Below, piece after piece: positions 37,569-47,359 of a DNA stretch of 64,000 nt (within the stretch, counting starts at the first letter, position 1; every line of letters begins with the position of its first letter). The notes under the pieces were generated by a model. That model saw nothing but the letters and a program-made list of their open reading frames with translations, did not search any database and was not told the DNA's origin. The position numbers and the translations under genes were made by a program. The DNA is from a virus, in IMG/VR virus record IMGVR_UViG_3300032053_000008, one strand, 5' to 3'.

Positions 37569-40500
37569 TCACTGTACATCTGGTTTTTCCGCATCTTCCG
37601 GTCGGTAAGTATGCTCTACCGAAGATACATTAAGCTTCCCTTTGCGTAAAGTAAATTCAACTACAACTACCATTTTCTTAAAGCCGGTTGGAGCCACGTT
37701 TTCTCCCCATGGCGGCCAGTAGATCAACTCCATAAGAGATCCATTGATGTCGGCTACCAGCCTTGTGAACTGCTTGGTGTTATTTTGGTACTTTTTATAA
37801 GTTTCTTCTGTGATATAGGCCAGGGCCCATATCTTTTCTTCGGCGTCTTTGTATTTGTGGGCATTAGACATAAGCTTTTCTATTTGAGGTCCGTCAACAA
37901 AAGTCATGGTTTTTTTATATTTATGACCATCACTTTCATACTCTTTGGTCCACACCCATAGGTCATTGGATAGATGTTTACCACCTCTAGGCGGCAATAT
38001 TAAAGTTCTAAGGTCTTCAAAGTAAGTATGGATAACTGCCTTTTTGGCCAAATATTTGCCAAGTGGTCTATATTCTGAATAAGAGCTGTCTTCTGGCTTT
38101 CGTTTTTCTTTCTTTACTTCAGCTTTTGTTTTTTCAAAAAGCTTGATTTTGTGTTCAATTTCCATGTCTGACTCTGGCATCAAACTGTCCAAAACGCCAG
38201 ATACAATCAACTTATGAGCAATACCGGAATGTACTGCTGACTTTTCAGCTTTTTGGCCTTTAATTTTTTCCTTAAAATGGCATTCAATAAAATGTCTAAA
38301 GTCTTTATATGGCTTATTGGCTACCAGTTGATGGTAGGCCGCAGGTCCAACTCCAATGATCATTCCCAGTGGAGCTATAAGCTTGTTGTCCTTGATTACA
38401 AAATCCTCTTCGCTCAGGTTAATGTCTGGTAATGTCACGTATTTTTTGACATCTTTCCAGAATTTACTGATAATATCGTCCTTGGTACTATGGGACAGTA
38501 CACTAGCCCACCATTCAATAGGGAAATGGCACTTGAGCCACATGCAAGCATAGGCTACCTGGGCATAAGAGGTAGAATGGGACTTGTTAAAGCTATAGTT
38601 TGAGCTAGCTTTGATCTGCTGGACTAGTAGATCTACCTGGTGGTCAGACCAGCCCCTTTTCTTACAGCCGTTGTGCAAATCTTTAAGACATTCAACCATC
38701 AAAACAGGGTCTTTTTTACCAATAGCTCTTCGGGCTTTTTCGGTTTCTCCGTCACTGTATCCAACCAAAAGCTTAAAAGCTGAAAGAGTTTGCTCCTGAT
38801 ACAGAGCAATACCAAAAGAGTTACCTGTAATCTGTTCCATGTCTGGGTGGATATACCGGACTCTTTCCCCTTGGGCTCGAGCACAATAAACCTCAGCTAG
38901 AGTTCTGCCGTCATCATCCAAGGCGTCCAAGGTACCTGGACGACCAAGAGCCGTGATGTTACTTAACTCTGGTATCGACATCGGCTTGGTCTTTTTGAGC
39001 AAAGGCACGACCGTAGCAGAGTCAAACTGGAACACGCTTACCGTATTTCCTCTGCCAAACTCCTCAAACACCTTTGGGTTATAAGGTAAGTCCCAAGGAT
39101 TATAGGTTTTGTTGTGCCTTTTTTTGATAAGGTTAAGACATTCTTCGATATCGTACAAGGTTTTTACACCAAGAAAGTCAAACTTAAGCAAACCTCTTTC
39201 TTCAACCCATTTTGGGTTAAATCCAGTGACAAGACTTTCACCTTTACCGACCCGGATCAAAGGAACGTATTCCTGTATTGGCTTGTCAGCTATCACCACA
39301 CCACAAGGATGCTGGGACTTTTGCCTTTGGACTCCAAGCATCTGGACCACTGTATCCCAAATGTTCTTGTTGGCTAGGTTTTCAGAGTAAGATTTTAATT
39401 CTTCATATTCATTGATAATACCTACACCCTTTTTGCCGCCAAAGACAAATTCATATTCATTTGATCCTTGAGGGGAAGTGGGCAGCTTTTTACACATATC
39501 TTCGGTAGATTTTCTGACTTCACCTAAAAGAGACCTTTCGGCATCCTTTATAGAAGACTTGATCTTAAGCATCACATCGATACTGATTGGAGCAAAATTG
39601 TCCCCATATTTTTTCCTAAGATAGTCCAAAACTTCATCTTTCCTGCCAAAGTCCATGTCAACATCCGGCAAGACATTTTCATTGATACGGCCCAGAGTAA
39701 GGAAACGTGGCAGGGACAGCCCATAAAGTATCGGGTCAGTAGCAGACACACCAAGGACGTAAAGCATCAAGCTGCCGCCAGCAGAGCCCCTAGTGGTCAT
39801 CAAAATGCCAGCTTCTCGGCAAAAGTTGGCTATATCCTCTACCGTAAAGAAATAAGGCATTAGGTTCAGTTTACCGTTATTGGTAAATAGATCGATTTCT
39901 TCCTTTAGTCTAGCTACATATATAGGATTGTCCCATTTCATTCTGCCGTGACGGTCGATAGCCAGCTTGAGCTTTTTCATCCAGTCTGGGTCCAATGGAG
40001 GTAAAACCCACCGGTCTTTGTTGGTCTTAAGCTTGAAGCTGTCAAACTTGCTAGCCCAATAATAGCTGTTGTCTACCCACTCTTCGATATCTCTGTCAGA
40101 TACATCTAAGGTGTGCTTTAGGCATTTAGCTGCTTCTTGTGTTGTAAGTATATGATATGAGTTAGAAAACTTCCATTGCTCTAGGCCATTACCAAGTTTA
40201 GACTCTTGGACCAGTTGCTGTTCTGGGTAAGCAAAATGGCTATCCAGGCTAATCAAAACTTTGTCGCCGTTTTGCTTAGCTAGGTCAAGCACAAACTGAT
40301 TGGCCTTTTTTTGTAAGTCACCGTCCGGGAACCAAGGTGTACATTCGTTTGGCTTGAAATAGCCTTCAGTAAGCTTTTGCTTAGTGGCTTTGTCGTAAGT
40401 AGGTTTCACCCAATCTTTAACGATTTCATGGGGGAATACTTCAACAAAAAAGTCGTCTTTACCTACTAAGTCTCTTAATAAATAATATGACTTGGTAGCT

Positions 40501-41039
40501 CTTTCTGGGTAAACTTTGCCAGTTACCCTGTCTACCAGTAGGTACTTCTGGACTACCCCCACAAGACAGCTAGAGCACACCGTAATGTGACCAGCAGCTC
40601 CAGCTACCTCTTCTAGGGTGGCAATAGGCTTGGTTTCTCCCCACAACACCACAGCCCTTTGTTCCATTTTGGGAGTTAAGTTGGAAAAGTATTCAAAAGC
40701 CCATTCATCTTTGAAGTGAACGGTCAAATGCACATACATTTCACGCAACTTTTTGCGTATTTTAGGGGTATCTCCTGATGCCTGTATGTATTCTTGGGTG
40801 ATTTCATCTATAAACGGTGGCTGCATATACAGCTCTATCCCAAGGATAGGCTTGATACCTGCCTTCTTAGAAGCTGAATAAAGGTGCATAAGGCTGTTCA
40901 TGTTGCCATGATCAGTAAGGGCAAGGTAAGGGCAATCGAGTTCTTTAGTTCTTTTAATGAGGCTGTCTACACTAGCCGCACCGTCCAGCGATGAGTCTGA
41001 ATGCTGGTGATTGTTGACGAGTTGCCTAAATTGAGTCAT
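37569..41039 (-). CDS. dnaE: DNA polymerase III alpha subunit (family C)
   Basis: PHP domain (HQHSDSSLDG, TDHG, DSH), RGSAGGS, PDVDMD, HPCGVVI, KFDFLG, YSFNKSH; start MTQF with GGAGG RBS. Confidence 0.95.
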   Translation of the reverse strand: MTQFRQLVNNHQHSDSSLDGAASVDSLIKRTKELDCPYLALTDHGNMNSLMHLYSASKKAGIKPILGIELYMQPPFIDEITQEYIQASGDTPKIRKKLREMYVHLTVHFKDEWAFEYFSNLTPKMEQRAVVLWGETKPIATLEEVAGAAGHITVCSSCLVGVVQKYLLVDRVTGKVYPERATKSYYLLRDLVGKDDFFVEVFPHEIVKDWVKPTYDKATKQKLTEGYFKPNECTPWFPDGDLQKKANQFVLDLAKQNGDKVLISLDSHFAYPEQQLVQESKLGNGLEQWKFSNSYHILTTQEAAKCLKHTLDVSDRDIEEWVDNSYYWASKFDSFKLKTNKDRWVLPPLDPDWMKKLKLAIDRHGRMKWDNPIYVARLKEEIDLFTNNGKLNLMPYFFTVEDIANFCREAGILMTTRGSAGGSLMLYVLGVSATDPILYGLSLPRFLTLGRINENVLPDVDMDFGRKDEVLDYLRKKYGDNFAPISIDVMLKIKSSIKDAERSLLGEVRKSTEDMCKKLPTSPQGSNEYEFVFGGKKGVGIINEYEELKSYSENLANKNIWDTVVQMLGVQRQKSQHPCGVVIADKPIQEYVPLIRVGKGESLVTGFNPKWVEERGLLKFDFLGVKTLYDIEECLNLIKKRHNKTYNPWDLPYNPKVFEEFGRGNTVSVFQFDSATVVPLLKKTKPMSIPELSNITALGRPGTLDALDDDGRTLAEVYCARAQGERVRYIHPDMEQITGNSFGIALYQEQTLSAFKLLVGYSDGETEKARRAIGKKDPVLMVECLKDLHNGCKKRGWSDHQVDLLVQQIKASSNYSFNKSHSTSYAQVAYACMWLKCHFPIEWWASVLSHSTKDDIISKFWKDVKKYVTLPDINLSEEDFVIKDNKLIAPLGMIIGVGPAAYHQLVANKPYKDFRHFIECHFKEKIKGQKAEKSAVHSGIAHKLIVSGVLDSLMPESDMEIEHKIKLFEKTKAEVKKEKRKPEDSSYSEYRPLGKYLAKKAVIHTYFEDLRTLILPPRGGKHLSNDLWVWTKEYESDGHKYKKTMTFVDGPQIEKLMSNAHKYKDAEEKIWALAYITEETYKKYQNNTKQFTRLVADINGSLMELIYWPPWGENVAPTGFKKMVVVVEFTLRKGKLNVSSVEHTYRPEDAEKPDVQ

Positions 41040-41055
41040 AGTTACCTCCACGGAC

Positions 41056-41083
41056 AATATACCACCAAAACGAAAAAAGGCAA
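41056..41083 (-). promoter_or_regulatory. Sigma-70-type promoter for the dnaE operon, TTGCCT-N16-TATATT with extended -10 TG
   Basis: Overlaps the upstream terminator; ends ~17 nt before the ATG. Confidence 0.55.
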
Positions 41084-41096
41084 GCCGAAGCTTGCC
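41073..41096 (-). terminator. Intrinsic terminator
   Basis: Minus strand reads GGCAAGC-UUCG-GCUUGCC-UUUUUU. Confidence 0.9.
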
Positions 41097-41119
41097 CGTT
41101 AACTATAACCGAAATAGAC

Positions 41120-41314
41120 TTAAAGTAGGTCACCAAACATATCTTTGATGTTTTCTAGTGCCTTTTCCATGTCTTCTTTGTTCAATTTCAGATAGTGCAT
41201 GATTTTTGTATCACTTACGCCATTTTCGTTAGCCTTTAGAGCCCTACGAATGCTGTTACCATACTCTTCGGCATAAATGAAATCATGGTCGTTTTGAAGC
41301 TTTTCGTAACTCAT
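41120..41314 (-). CDS. Small protein with an HTH/sigma-region-4-like pattern
   Basis: ENGVSDTKIMHYLKLNKEDMEKALENIKD; last gene before the terminator. Confidence 0.5.
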   Translation of the reverse strand: MSYEKLQNDHDFIYAEEYGNSIRRALKANENGVSDTKIMHYLKLNKEDMEKALENIKDMFGDLL

Positions 41315-41681
41315 TTGAAAACTCTATAATGACGGTTTTTGCTTTTTCTCTGGATTTTTCTAGCTCTTCGATATTCTTATACAAGTCTAAGATAACAGTA
41401 GTCAGCATGTCAACATACATTTGCATGTCAGCCTTCTTTTCTTTATAAAAGAACAAATCAGCCTTCATTTCTTGGTATTCATTCATGCTAACAGTTATGC
41501 CAGGCTTACGAATAGTTTCAAAAGCCTCTTCTATCTCTCTAATTTTTGTTTGGTAGGTATAAAAACGGAGTAAAGAGTGTGCCTTGTCGTTTTCAGTACG
41601 ATTGAGTTCGTACTGTTTTTCGGCAATTTGTATTTCTATTTTAATCTGATGTTTGTTGCCCTGAGGCGTCCAAATATTCAC
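41283..41681 (-). CDS. Hypothetical coiled-coil protein (start uncertain; GTG at 41681 chosen)
   Basis: Fills the gap between neighbours; the track's longer start overlaps the upstream gene heavily. Confidence 0.5.
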   Translation of the reverse strand: MNIWTPQGNKHQIKIEIQIAEKQYELNRTENDKAHSLLRFYTYQTKIREIEEAFETIRKPGITVSMNEYQEMKADLFFYKEKKADMQMYVDMLTTVILDLYKNIEELEKSREKAKTVIIEFSNELRKASKRP

Positions 41682-42009
41682 GGCACTTAGGTTTATCCTT
41701 GTGGCCACAGTTTTTGCAAATTTTATACACTTTAAGAATGTTTCCCTGTGGCAAGACCATTTCAGTGTGTTCCGACTCTTCACATTTTGGACAATACCAT
41801 TTCTTTTCTTTTTTAATTTTCTTAGGTTTGTCCGGTTCATCATATATGGCATACAGCAATCTTTCTTCGTCTTGTCTGATAAGCTTACTGAGCCTGGAGT
41901 TTTCTTTTTCTAAACTTGATACTTTCTTTTGAAGCTGTCTAACCAGTCCCCTATAATATTCTAGGTCGTTTTTGTCACTTTTTTCCGCAGCTCGATGAGT
42001 TTTGGCCAT
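41641..42009 (-). CDS. Coiled-coil plus zinc-ribbon protein
   Basis: CPKC...CKNC. Confidence 0.65.
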   Translation of the reverse strand: MAKTHRAAEKSDKNDLEYYRGLVRQLQKKVSSLEKENSRLSKLIRQDEERLLYAIYDEPDKPKKIKKEKKWYCPKCEESEHTEMVLPQGNILKVYKICKNCGHKDKPKCREYLDASGQQTSD

Positions 42010-42021
42010 GAAAACCCCTAA

Positions 42022-42744
42022 TCAGGGTACTAACCCCGTCCAAGAACCTTTTTCATTTAACATCATTGGGAACAGTTTTGGAGCACCGTTAACAATACCT
42101 CCGGTACCTATAATAGGTCTTTGTAGGTTAAGCTTGTCGTAAGCAAAAGCCAAAGCTTTAGGGTTAATCAGGCAACCAACCTGCATTGACCACAAAAGAT
42201 CGTCTGGGTTACTAATATAATCAATCTTAAACTCTGTGTGAAAGTGGCCTTGTACGCAAGATACTCCACGTTGTTTTACCAGAGTGATGCCATTTTTGCA
42301 GATACCATGACACACGTAGATCTTTTCGCCTTTTGGGCCTACAAGCATTAAGTCGTCTACAAAAGACCATCCCTTGCCAACGCCGTAAAGGTCATTGTAG
42401 GGACGCAAAAAAGCTCTAGGTAGTCCACCAGCTAAAATCTTTCTAAGTGGTAAATCACCATGGTTAGAGCCAATAATGATCATCTTAGGGAATAGTTTTT
42501 CCAGTTCAGCGGCTTGGATCTGCAATTGCTGGAGTTCATGTCCAGCACCATATAGATCTGGATCGGAATCATGGAAAGAAACGTTATGAAAATCTCCTAG
42601 ATCTCCCATAGATATAATGAGATCAAACTGGTACTTTTTCTTTAGGGCTTTCATAAAGGACATGAAATCTGGATGTCCATAAGGTAAATGGACATCTGAA
42701 ATAAATAAAATACGTAGCTTGCGCCAATCTATTTTGAGTTTCAT
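42022..42744 (-). CDS. Calcineurin-like metallophosphoesterase
   Basis: SDVHLP, MGDLGD, GSNH, CHG, QGHFH, VGCL. Confidence 0.85.
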   Translation of the reverse strand: MKLKIDWRKLRILFISDVHLPYGHPDFMSFMKALKKKYQFDLIISMGDLGDFHNVSFHDSDPDLYGAGHELQQLQIQAAELEKLFPKMIIIGSNHGDLPLRKILAGGLPRAFLRPYNDLYGVGKGWSFVDDLMLVGPKGEKIYVCHGICKNGITLVKQRGVSCVQGHFHTEFKIDYISNPDDLLWSMQVGCLINPKALAFAYDKLNLQRPIIGTGGIVNGAPKLFPMMLNEKGSWTGLVP

Positions 42745-42755
42745 GCCCCGCTCCC

Positions 42756-43232
42756 TTATACTGGCTTCAGAGGTTCATATACAGCTAGAATTTCAATTTC
42801 TGTGTCTGCTGATATATCGATGTTTTGGCCAACTGCTTGACCTTTAATCAAAGAGACGATTTCTGCGTCAGAATCTGGATTACTCATATATAACAAAAAA
42901 TTGCTCATAAGAGTTTCACCAGATTTAGTATATTTTAGAACCACTAGACTAGTATCGGTAATGGTATCAGCAGGACCAATCATTTTAGCTTCAAGCATAG
43001 AGGCTACTCGGTCGGCATCTTTGGCATCGCCAGCGGCCCTGACTTTCGCCATAACGCTACTATTAAAATTAGGGATAGATTCCCTTAAAGTTTCAGACAT
43101 TGCAGCCATAGCTTCAGCCTGAGAAACAACAGCGTAATCTAGTGCAACTATACGGTCTTTTATCATATAGAAAAGTTGACCAATCTCATTGATTTTCTTT
43201 TCCATTTCATTAAGGCGATCTAAACTAGACAT
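42756..43232 (-). CDS. Hypothetical protein
   Basis: AGGAGG RBS supports the start MSSLD at 43232. Confidence 0.65.
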   Translation of the reverse strand: MSSLDRLNEMEKKINEIGQLFYMIKDRIVALDYAVVSQAEAMAAMSETLRESIPNFNSSVMAKVRAAGDAKDADRVASMLEAKMIGPADTITDTSLVVLKYTKSGETLMSNFLLYMSNPDSDAEIVSLIKGQAVGQNIDISADTEIEILAVYEPLKPV

Positions 43233-43235
43233 ATT

Positions 43236-43255
43236 CAACCTCCTAATTTAATTGA
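43236..43255 (-). repeat. 20-nt repeated leader TCAATTAAATTAGGAGGTTG, copy 1
   Basis: Identical to 44696-44715. Confidence 0.85.
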
Positions 43256-43816
43256 TTATTTAGTTAACTGCTGCAATAAAAGACTTCCAGCTCCACCTAA
43301 CCCTTGAGATTTGCTAAGATTATTGCCAGCTTCTTGTGCATTCATCTCATTCATCATCGATTGACTTGGAAATTTTTTTCTTTCTGGGTTACTAACAAAA
43401 CCTTGACCAACAGGTTTAACTTCTATTTCTACTTCGTGTTGTTCATCTTGTATAGGCTTTTCTGTTTGTTTGACATTTTTCTTTATAAGAGGTTTAGAGG
43501 GGGACTTAGGCTTCATCATTTGTTGTTGACCTGCTCCAGTTAATAAAACCTTGTCTGCTAAAGCTGTTAAAGCTTCTATTTGTTCTTCGGTCCAAGGAAG
43601 CTCAGCTGACTCACGTCTAATAACCAAAGCTTCGCTTGGGCTTCTCATGCCTAATAAGCTTTCCAATCTAGCTTCAGCAAAAGCTCTGATTTCCTCAGTA
43701 ACAAGTTCAACAACTTCATCATCTGAAGCCCCTTGCTCAAAAAGATCTTGGCTAAGCAAAACCTGATATAGCTTTGCTTGTTCCACTCTTAAAAAAGCTT
43801 CAGATCTGATAGTCAT
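43256..43816 (-). CDS. Hypothetical protein
   Basis: ATGA-coupled to the RuvC-like gene. Confidence 0.65.
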   Translation of the reverse strand: MTIRSEAFLRVEQAKLYQVLLSQDLFEQGASDDEVVELVTEEIRAFAEARLESLLGMRSPSEALVIRRESAELPWTEEQIEALTALADKVLLTGAGQQQMMKPKSPSKPLIKKNVKQTEKPIQDEQHEVEIEVKPVGQGFVSNPERKKFPSQSMMNEMNAQEAGNNLSKSQGLGGAGSLLLQQLTK

Positions 43817-44403
43817 AAAAGATCCTTCATAATGTCATCTAACTGAGAAATTTTAAATCTGCCTGGTAACCATATCTTTGAAGCATACCAAGCTAGACAG
43901 ATCGCATCTGCAATGTCATTGTCTTTCAATTTAAGAGATAAGTCAAACTCTTCATTTATCATAGCTACAGCAAGATGCTTTGGGGTTATTTTACCTCTAG
44001 CAACCTTTTGTTTAACTGATTTATTGTGCTTACGTTGATCTTTATCTAAACGAATGTGGAGTTTGTTTCGCCATTCGCTGGTGTCAACGTAAACTATCTT
44101 GTTTTGATAGTGCATGCGAAGTTTAGACAAAACTGAATAATGTATCCACTCAAGTCCTCTTTGGGTGGTACGCTGTTTACCCTTGTTAGTCTGCTCTATG
44201 ATAATAAAGTCAGGCTGGAGAGTCATAACCAAGGTGTACATATAGTCACCAACAGCGTTGGCCCTATCCATCTGATTATAATCGTATAGTGGATGGGTGC
44301 CAGGTGGTTCTGGGGCCACTAAAAGACCATAATCTACCAAGGATGAGCCTTCAAATAAGGCCCATCCAGTTTTATATGACAAATCCAAGCCAAGGAGTTT
44401 CAC
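43813..44403 (-). CDS. ruvC: RuvC-like Holliday junction resolvase
   Basis: LLGLDLS..TGWA, IIIE, SEWR, DNDIADAI. Confidence 0.8.
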   Translation of the reverse strand: MKLLGLDLSYKTGWALFEGSSLVDYGLLVAPEPPGTHPLYDYNQMDRANAVGDYMYTLVMTLQPDFIIIEQTNKGKQRTTQRGLEWIHYSVLSKLRMHYQNKIVYVDTSEWRNKLHIRLDKDQRKHNKSVKQKVARGKITPKHLAVAMINEEFDLSLKLKDNDIADAICLAWYASKIWLPGRFKISQLDDIMKDLL

Positions 44404-44693
44404 AGTTTTCCTTGGTCCTTGAGGATACGAACCAGCATAGTCTTTTTCAGCTTAATAGCTTTAAGTGGCTCTGTGTAAGTAAGCTTGGCCGTCTTAACTT
44501 GCTCTTCCAAAGATTTCAGGTCTTCGTCATCGGCCCGAGCCTCTTCGATTTCTTCCTGGTGACCCATAAGGCTAGCTAACTTGTCTTTGAGTTGTTCTGG
44601 ATTTAAACCAACAACTTCATCTAAAAAATGTTCATCTAGGTCTCTGATTTTATCCTCAAGCGACTTAGTTTTCTTACCTTTACCTCTACCCAT
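44400..44693 (-). CDS. Hypothetical coiled-coil protein with a basic N-terminus
   Basis: AGGAGG RBS; 97 aa. Confidence 0.7.
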   Translation of the reverse strand: MGRGKGKKTKSLEDKIRDLDEHFLDEVVGLNPEQLKDKLASLMGHQEEIEEARADDEDLKSLEEQVKTAKLTYTEPLKAIKLKKTMLVRILKDQGKL

Positions 44694-44695
44694 AC

Positions 44696-44715
44696 CAACC
44701 TCCTAATTTAATTGA
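44696..44715 (-). repeat. 20-nt repeated leader TCAATTAAATTAGGAGGTTG, copy 2
   Basis: Identical to 43236-43255. Confidence 0.85.
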
Positions 44716-45152
44716 ACAAAAGTGTTTTTTGTCCATGTTTCAACGTCAAGTATATCTTTTTTATATTCTATCGACAACACTATTCTATGATTTTTATTAC
44801 TAGTTAAAACTAAATCATTCTTAAGTACCGAATAAACCTCATTAAAGGGAGCCGCTAAAACTATAAGACTAGATAAATTATTAAGAACTGCCATAGTTTT
44901 GCGCCAGGACTCAGCCTCTGATTTAACAAAAAAAACTCTAGACATATCTTTGTCTATTACATCCAATGGATTAAAAAAAAGCTTTGGCGGTTTTACATTA
45001 TTAACGATAACATAAACTTGTAATTTTTGATCTGGATCACTAATAATAGCTTCAACTATAGATCTTGCATCATGAGGTACTGGAATATTAAAAATGAAAG
45101 GACGTTCAGCCCAAGGAGTAAATTCATCCAATCCAGCTTTTTTGTCCGTCAT
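44703..45152 (-). CDS. Hypothetical protein
   Basis: Overlaps the sbcC end; AT-rich. Confidence 0.55.
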   Translation of the reverse strand: MTDKKAGLDEFTPWAERPFIFNIPVPHDARSIVEAIISDPDQKLQVYVIVNNVKPPKLFFNPLDVIDKDMSRVFFVKSEAESWRKTMAVLNNLSSLIVLAAPFNEVYSVLKNDLVLTSNKNHRIVLSIEYKKDILDVETWTKNTFVQLN

Positions 45153-46812
45153 ATTGCACCTTTATAACATTGTCGCACATTTCCTTGATTTCTGTAGCGT
45201 GGTCAATAAGGATCACTAGTCCTTTATTTTCCTTGCGCATCGTTTCAATGATAGCAGCTTTTGTGGAAGCGTCAAGTCCATCCATAGATTCATCTAGAAC
45301 TAGCCACCCAAGATTGATTCCAGACCTTGATCTAATAGTTTCAGCTAGTGCCAAATCAACCGCCAGTTCAACCGCAGCCTGTTGTCCGCCAGATAAACTC
45401 TTCTTTTTGATTGCCTGGTTTTGCTTCCAGATAACCGTGTTAATCTTTTTGTTTACTTTGCCGCTCTTAGTAACCGATTCACTGGAAAACTCTAAGCTTA
45501 ACGTGTTGATATTGGGAATATTTTCCATAAAGCGATTAGCTCTAAGTTGGATCTCTCTCAAAACTTCATCAAAAATTACACCCAAGAACCCTTGGCGACC
45601 AAGTATCTGGAGTCCATGAGACAGTAAATGCTCTTTCAAGGCAAGTTCCTGGTCTTCTTGTTCTATTTGCTGTTTTCTGTGTATAGACATTTCAGCTTGG
45701 TCTATTTGATTTTTCAGTTGAGTGGACAGCTGACTCAGGCTGCCGATCATTGCTTGAGTTTGTTGTCCTGGAGACTGCAAATCGGCAATTTTTTGTCGCA
45801 ATAAGTTTTGATTTTGTCTCAATTGGTTTATATGGACAGGATCTTTGTACGGTTCCGCTGCGGTGATCACTGACTGGTTTGCCTGGTAAAGGTTCTTTAT
45901 ATGAGCCAAATGAAGCTCTCTTTGTTTGATAGCTTCTTGGTTCTGGTCCCAGTGTTGGCTACATGTTGGACATTTATGGCCTTTAAGTTCAGTCAATTCC
46001 TTAAAGATTATCTCAACCTTTGGTTTTATTTGACTATTTTCATAAGAGGCCTGAGAAGCTTTTCTGGTTATTGTGTTGAGCTTGTCTATTTCAGTTTCAT
46101 ATTGGTTGATTTCCTGATTAAGCTTTGAGATTTCAATGCCGGTCGTACTGTCGCCAATTTTTGACCTGTATTCCAAAATCTGGGATTGAGTCTGAGTCAA
46201 TTTATGTTTGGTTTCTGTGATGTCTATTGATGGAATAGAATTAAGCTGTTTTAGTAACATTGAGTTTGATGCCAATTCAATTTGAACGCTAGACAGCTGA
46301 CCAGACAAAGTGTCGGCAGCCTTTTCAAATTGATCCAGACCTAAAAGACCCGTAAGCAGAACTTTTTGTTCTGAATCGGTGAGGTCTATAAACTTGTTAG
46401 AGGTTCTTTGGGGACGATAGGTAAGCAGCTGCATAACCTCAGGGCTAACTCCCAAGATAGCCTGCAAGCGCTGTTCTGCATCTTTGGCCATAGTTTCTAT
46501 GGCTACCCCATTTTGAATTAGATGCAGTTTAGGAGAGCGAACTATGTCTATGAAATCACTGTCTTTTTGTATCTTAAGTCTCACATAAATACTGCTAGAA
46601 TTCCATCCCTTAAGTTCTGTTGCTGGCAAATCACAAAAACCAAAAGCAAAGGCTATAGCCTCAGGGATGGAGCTTTTGCCGATACCGCTAGTGGTGTCTT
46701 CGTTTGTGTGTTCACCTGCTATAAGAGTGATACCGCTTTGTTCAAAAGAGATAAGCTGACGATCCTGGAAAGACCGAAATCCCTCTATCTCAATTTCAAT
46801 CAGCTTTATCAT
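45124..46812 (-). CDS. sbcC: SbcC/Rad50-like ATPase
   Basis: GFRSF, SGIGKSS, coiled coil with CPTC zinc hook, LSGGQ, LVLDE, IDH. Confidence 0.9.
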   Translation of the reverse strand: MIKLIEIEIEGFRSFQDRQLISFEQSGITLIAGEHTNEDTTSGIGKSSIPEAIAFAFGFCDLPATELKGWNSSSIYVRLKIQKDSDFIDIVRSPKLHLIQNGVAIETMAKDAEQRLQAILGVSPEVMQLLTYRPQRTSNKFIDLTDSEQKVLLTGLLGLDQFEKAADTLSGQLSSVQIELASNSMLLKQLNSIPSIDITETKHKLTQTQSQILEYRSKIGDSTTGIEISKLNQEINQYETEIDKLNTITRKASQASYENSQIKPKVEIIFKELTELKGHKCPTCSQHWDQNQEAIKQRELHLAHIKNLYQANQSVITAAEPYKDPVHINQLRQNQNLLRQKIADLQSPGQQTQAMIGSLSQLSTQLKNQIDQAEMSIHRKQQIEQEDQELALKEHLLSHGLQILGRQGFLGVIFDEVLREIQLRANRFMENIPNINTLSLEFSSESVTKSGKVNKKINTVIWKQNQAIKKKSLSGGQQAAVELAVDLALAETIRSRSGINLGWLVLDESMDGLDASTKAAIIETMRKENKGLVILIDHATEIKEMCDNVIKVQYDGQKSWIG

Positions 46813-47053
46813 TGTTCATCCTTCTTTTGTGACTTTCACTACGCTCTTCCATAATTTGATCAATGTTTTCAAGGCGTTCTACGGCCCTAACCATAGCTCC
46901 ATTGTCTTTTATTTCAACATTTTGAGTGGTACCGGCCTTTAAAACAGGGAAACATTTACCGCCACATACCGGGCAAATGATAAACCTTTCCCTTTTTTGT
47001 TGGGACTGTCGATGAATACCATGTATATCGCAATTATATGTAAACCAGGCCAT
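46796..47053 (-). CDS. FmdB-like zinc-ribbon protein
   Basis: YNCDIH...CPVCG; GAGGT RBS. Confidence 0.65.
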   Translation of the reverse strand: MAWFTYNCDIHGIHRQSQQKRERFIICPVCGGKCFPVLKAGTTQNVEIKDNGAMVRAVERLENIDQIMEERSESHKRRMNNDKAD

Positions 47054-47070
47054 ATCTACCTCTTGCCGTC

Positions 47071-47098
47071 TTATCGGATAAAACTTAAAAAAACTTTA
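47071..47098 (-). promoter_or_regulatory. Sigma-28/FliA-type promoter TAAAGTTT-N12-TCCGATAA
   Basis: Directly after a terminator and 17 nt before the ATG at 47053. Confidence 0.65.
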
Positions 47099-47102
47099 AC
47101 AT

Positions 47103-47131
47103 AAAATTAAAAACCCGGCTAGTGCCGGGTT
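47103..47131 (-). terminator. Intrinsic terminator of the groEL unit
   Basis: Minus strand reads AACCCGGC-ACUA-GCCGGGUU followed by a U-rich tract. Confidence 0.8.
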
Positions 47132-47134
47132 ATC

Positions 47135-47359
47135 TTAAAAGAACTTGCTTACTTCATTGGCGCTGAGATGTTTATATATCACATCTCTAGCTGCCTCATA
47201 TCCTTCCATATATTCTTCAGATTTCTTTTCATCGTACTTAACAACAGATCTCATTTCTTGCAGAGCATCCCAGACAGCGGATATGATTTCATTAACCGCC
47301 ATTGTTCTTTCAATTTGCTCTTTGTCTTCAAAACCATCGAATTCTAAAGTTACTTTCAT
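47135..47359 (-). CDS. Small hypothetical phage protein
   Basis: AGGAG RBS; ATGA overlap with groEL. Confidence 0.7.
   Translation of the reverse strand: MKVTLEFDGFEDKEQIERTMAVNEIISAVWDALQEMRSVVKYDEKKSEEYMEGYEAARDVIYKHLSANEVSKFF

Noticed and set aside
37569-41039. Intein or intron in dnaE (also considered for terL, helicase and recA)
   Set aside because: Lengths are normal, frames are continuous, and no intein-end or homing-endonuclease motifs were seen
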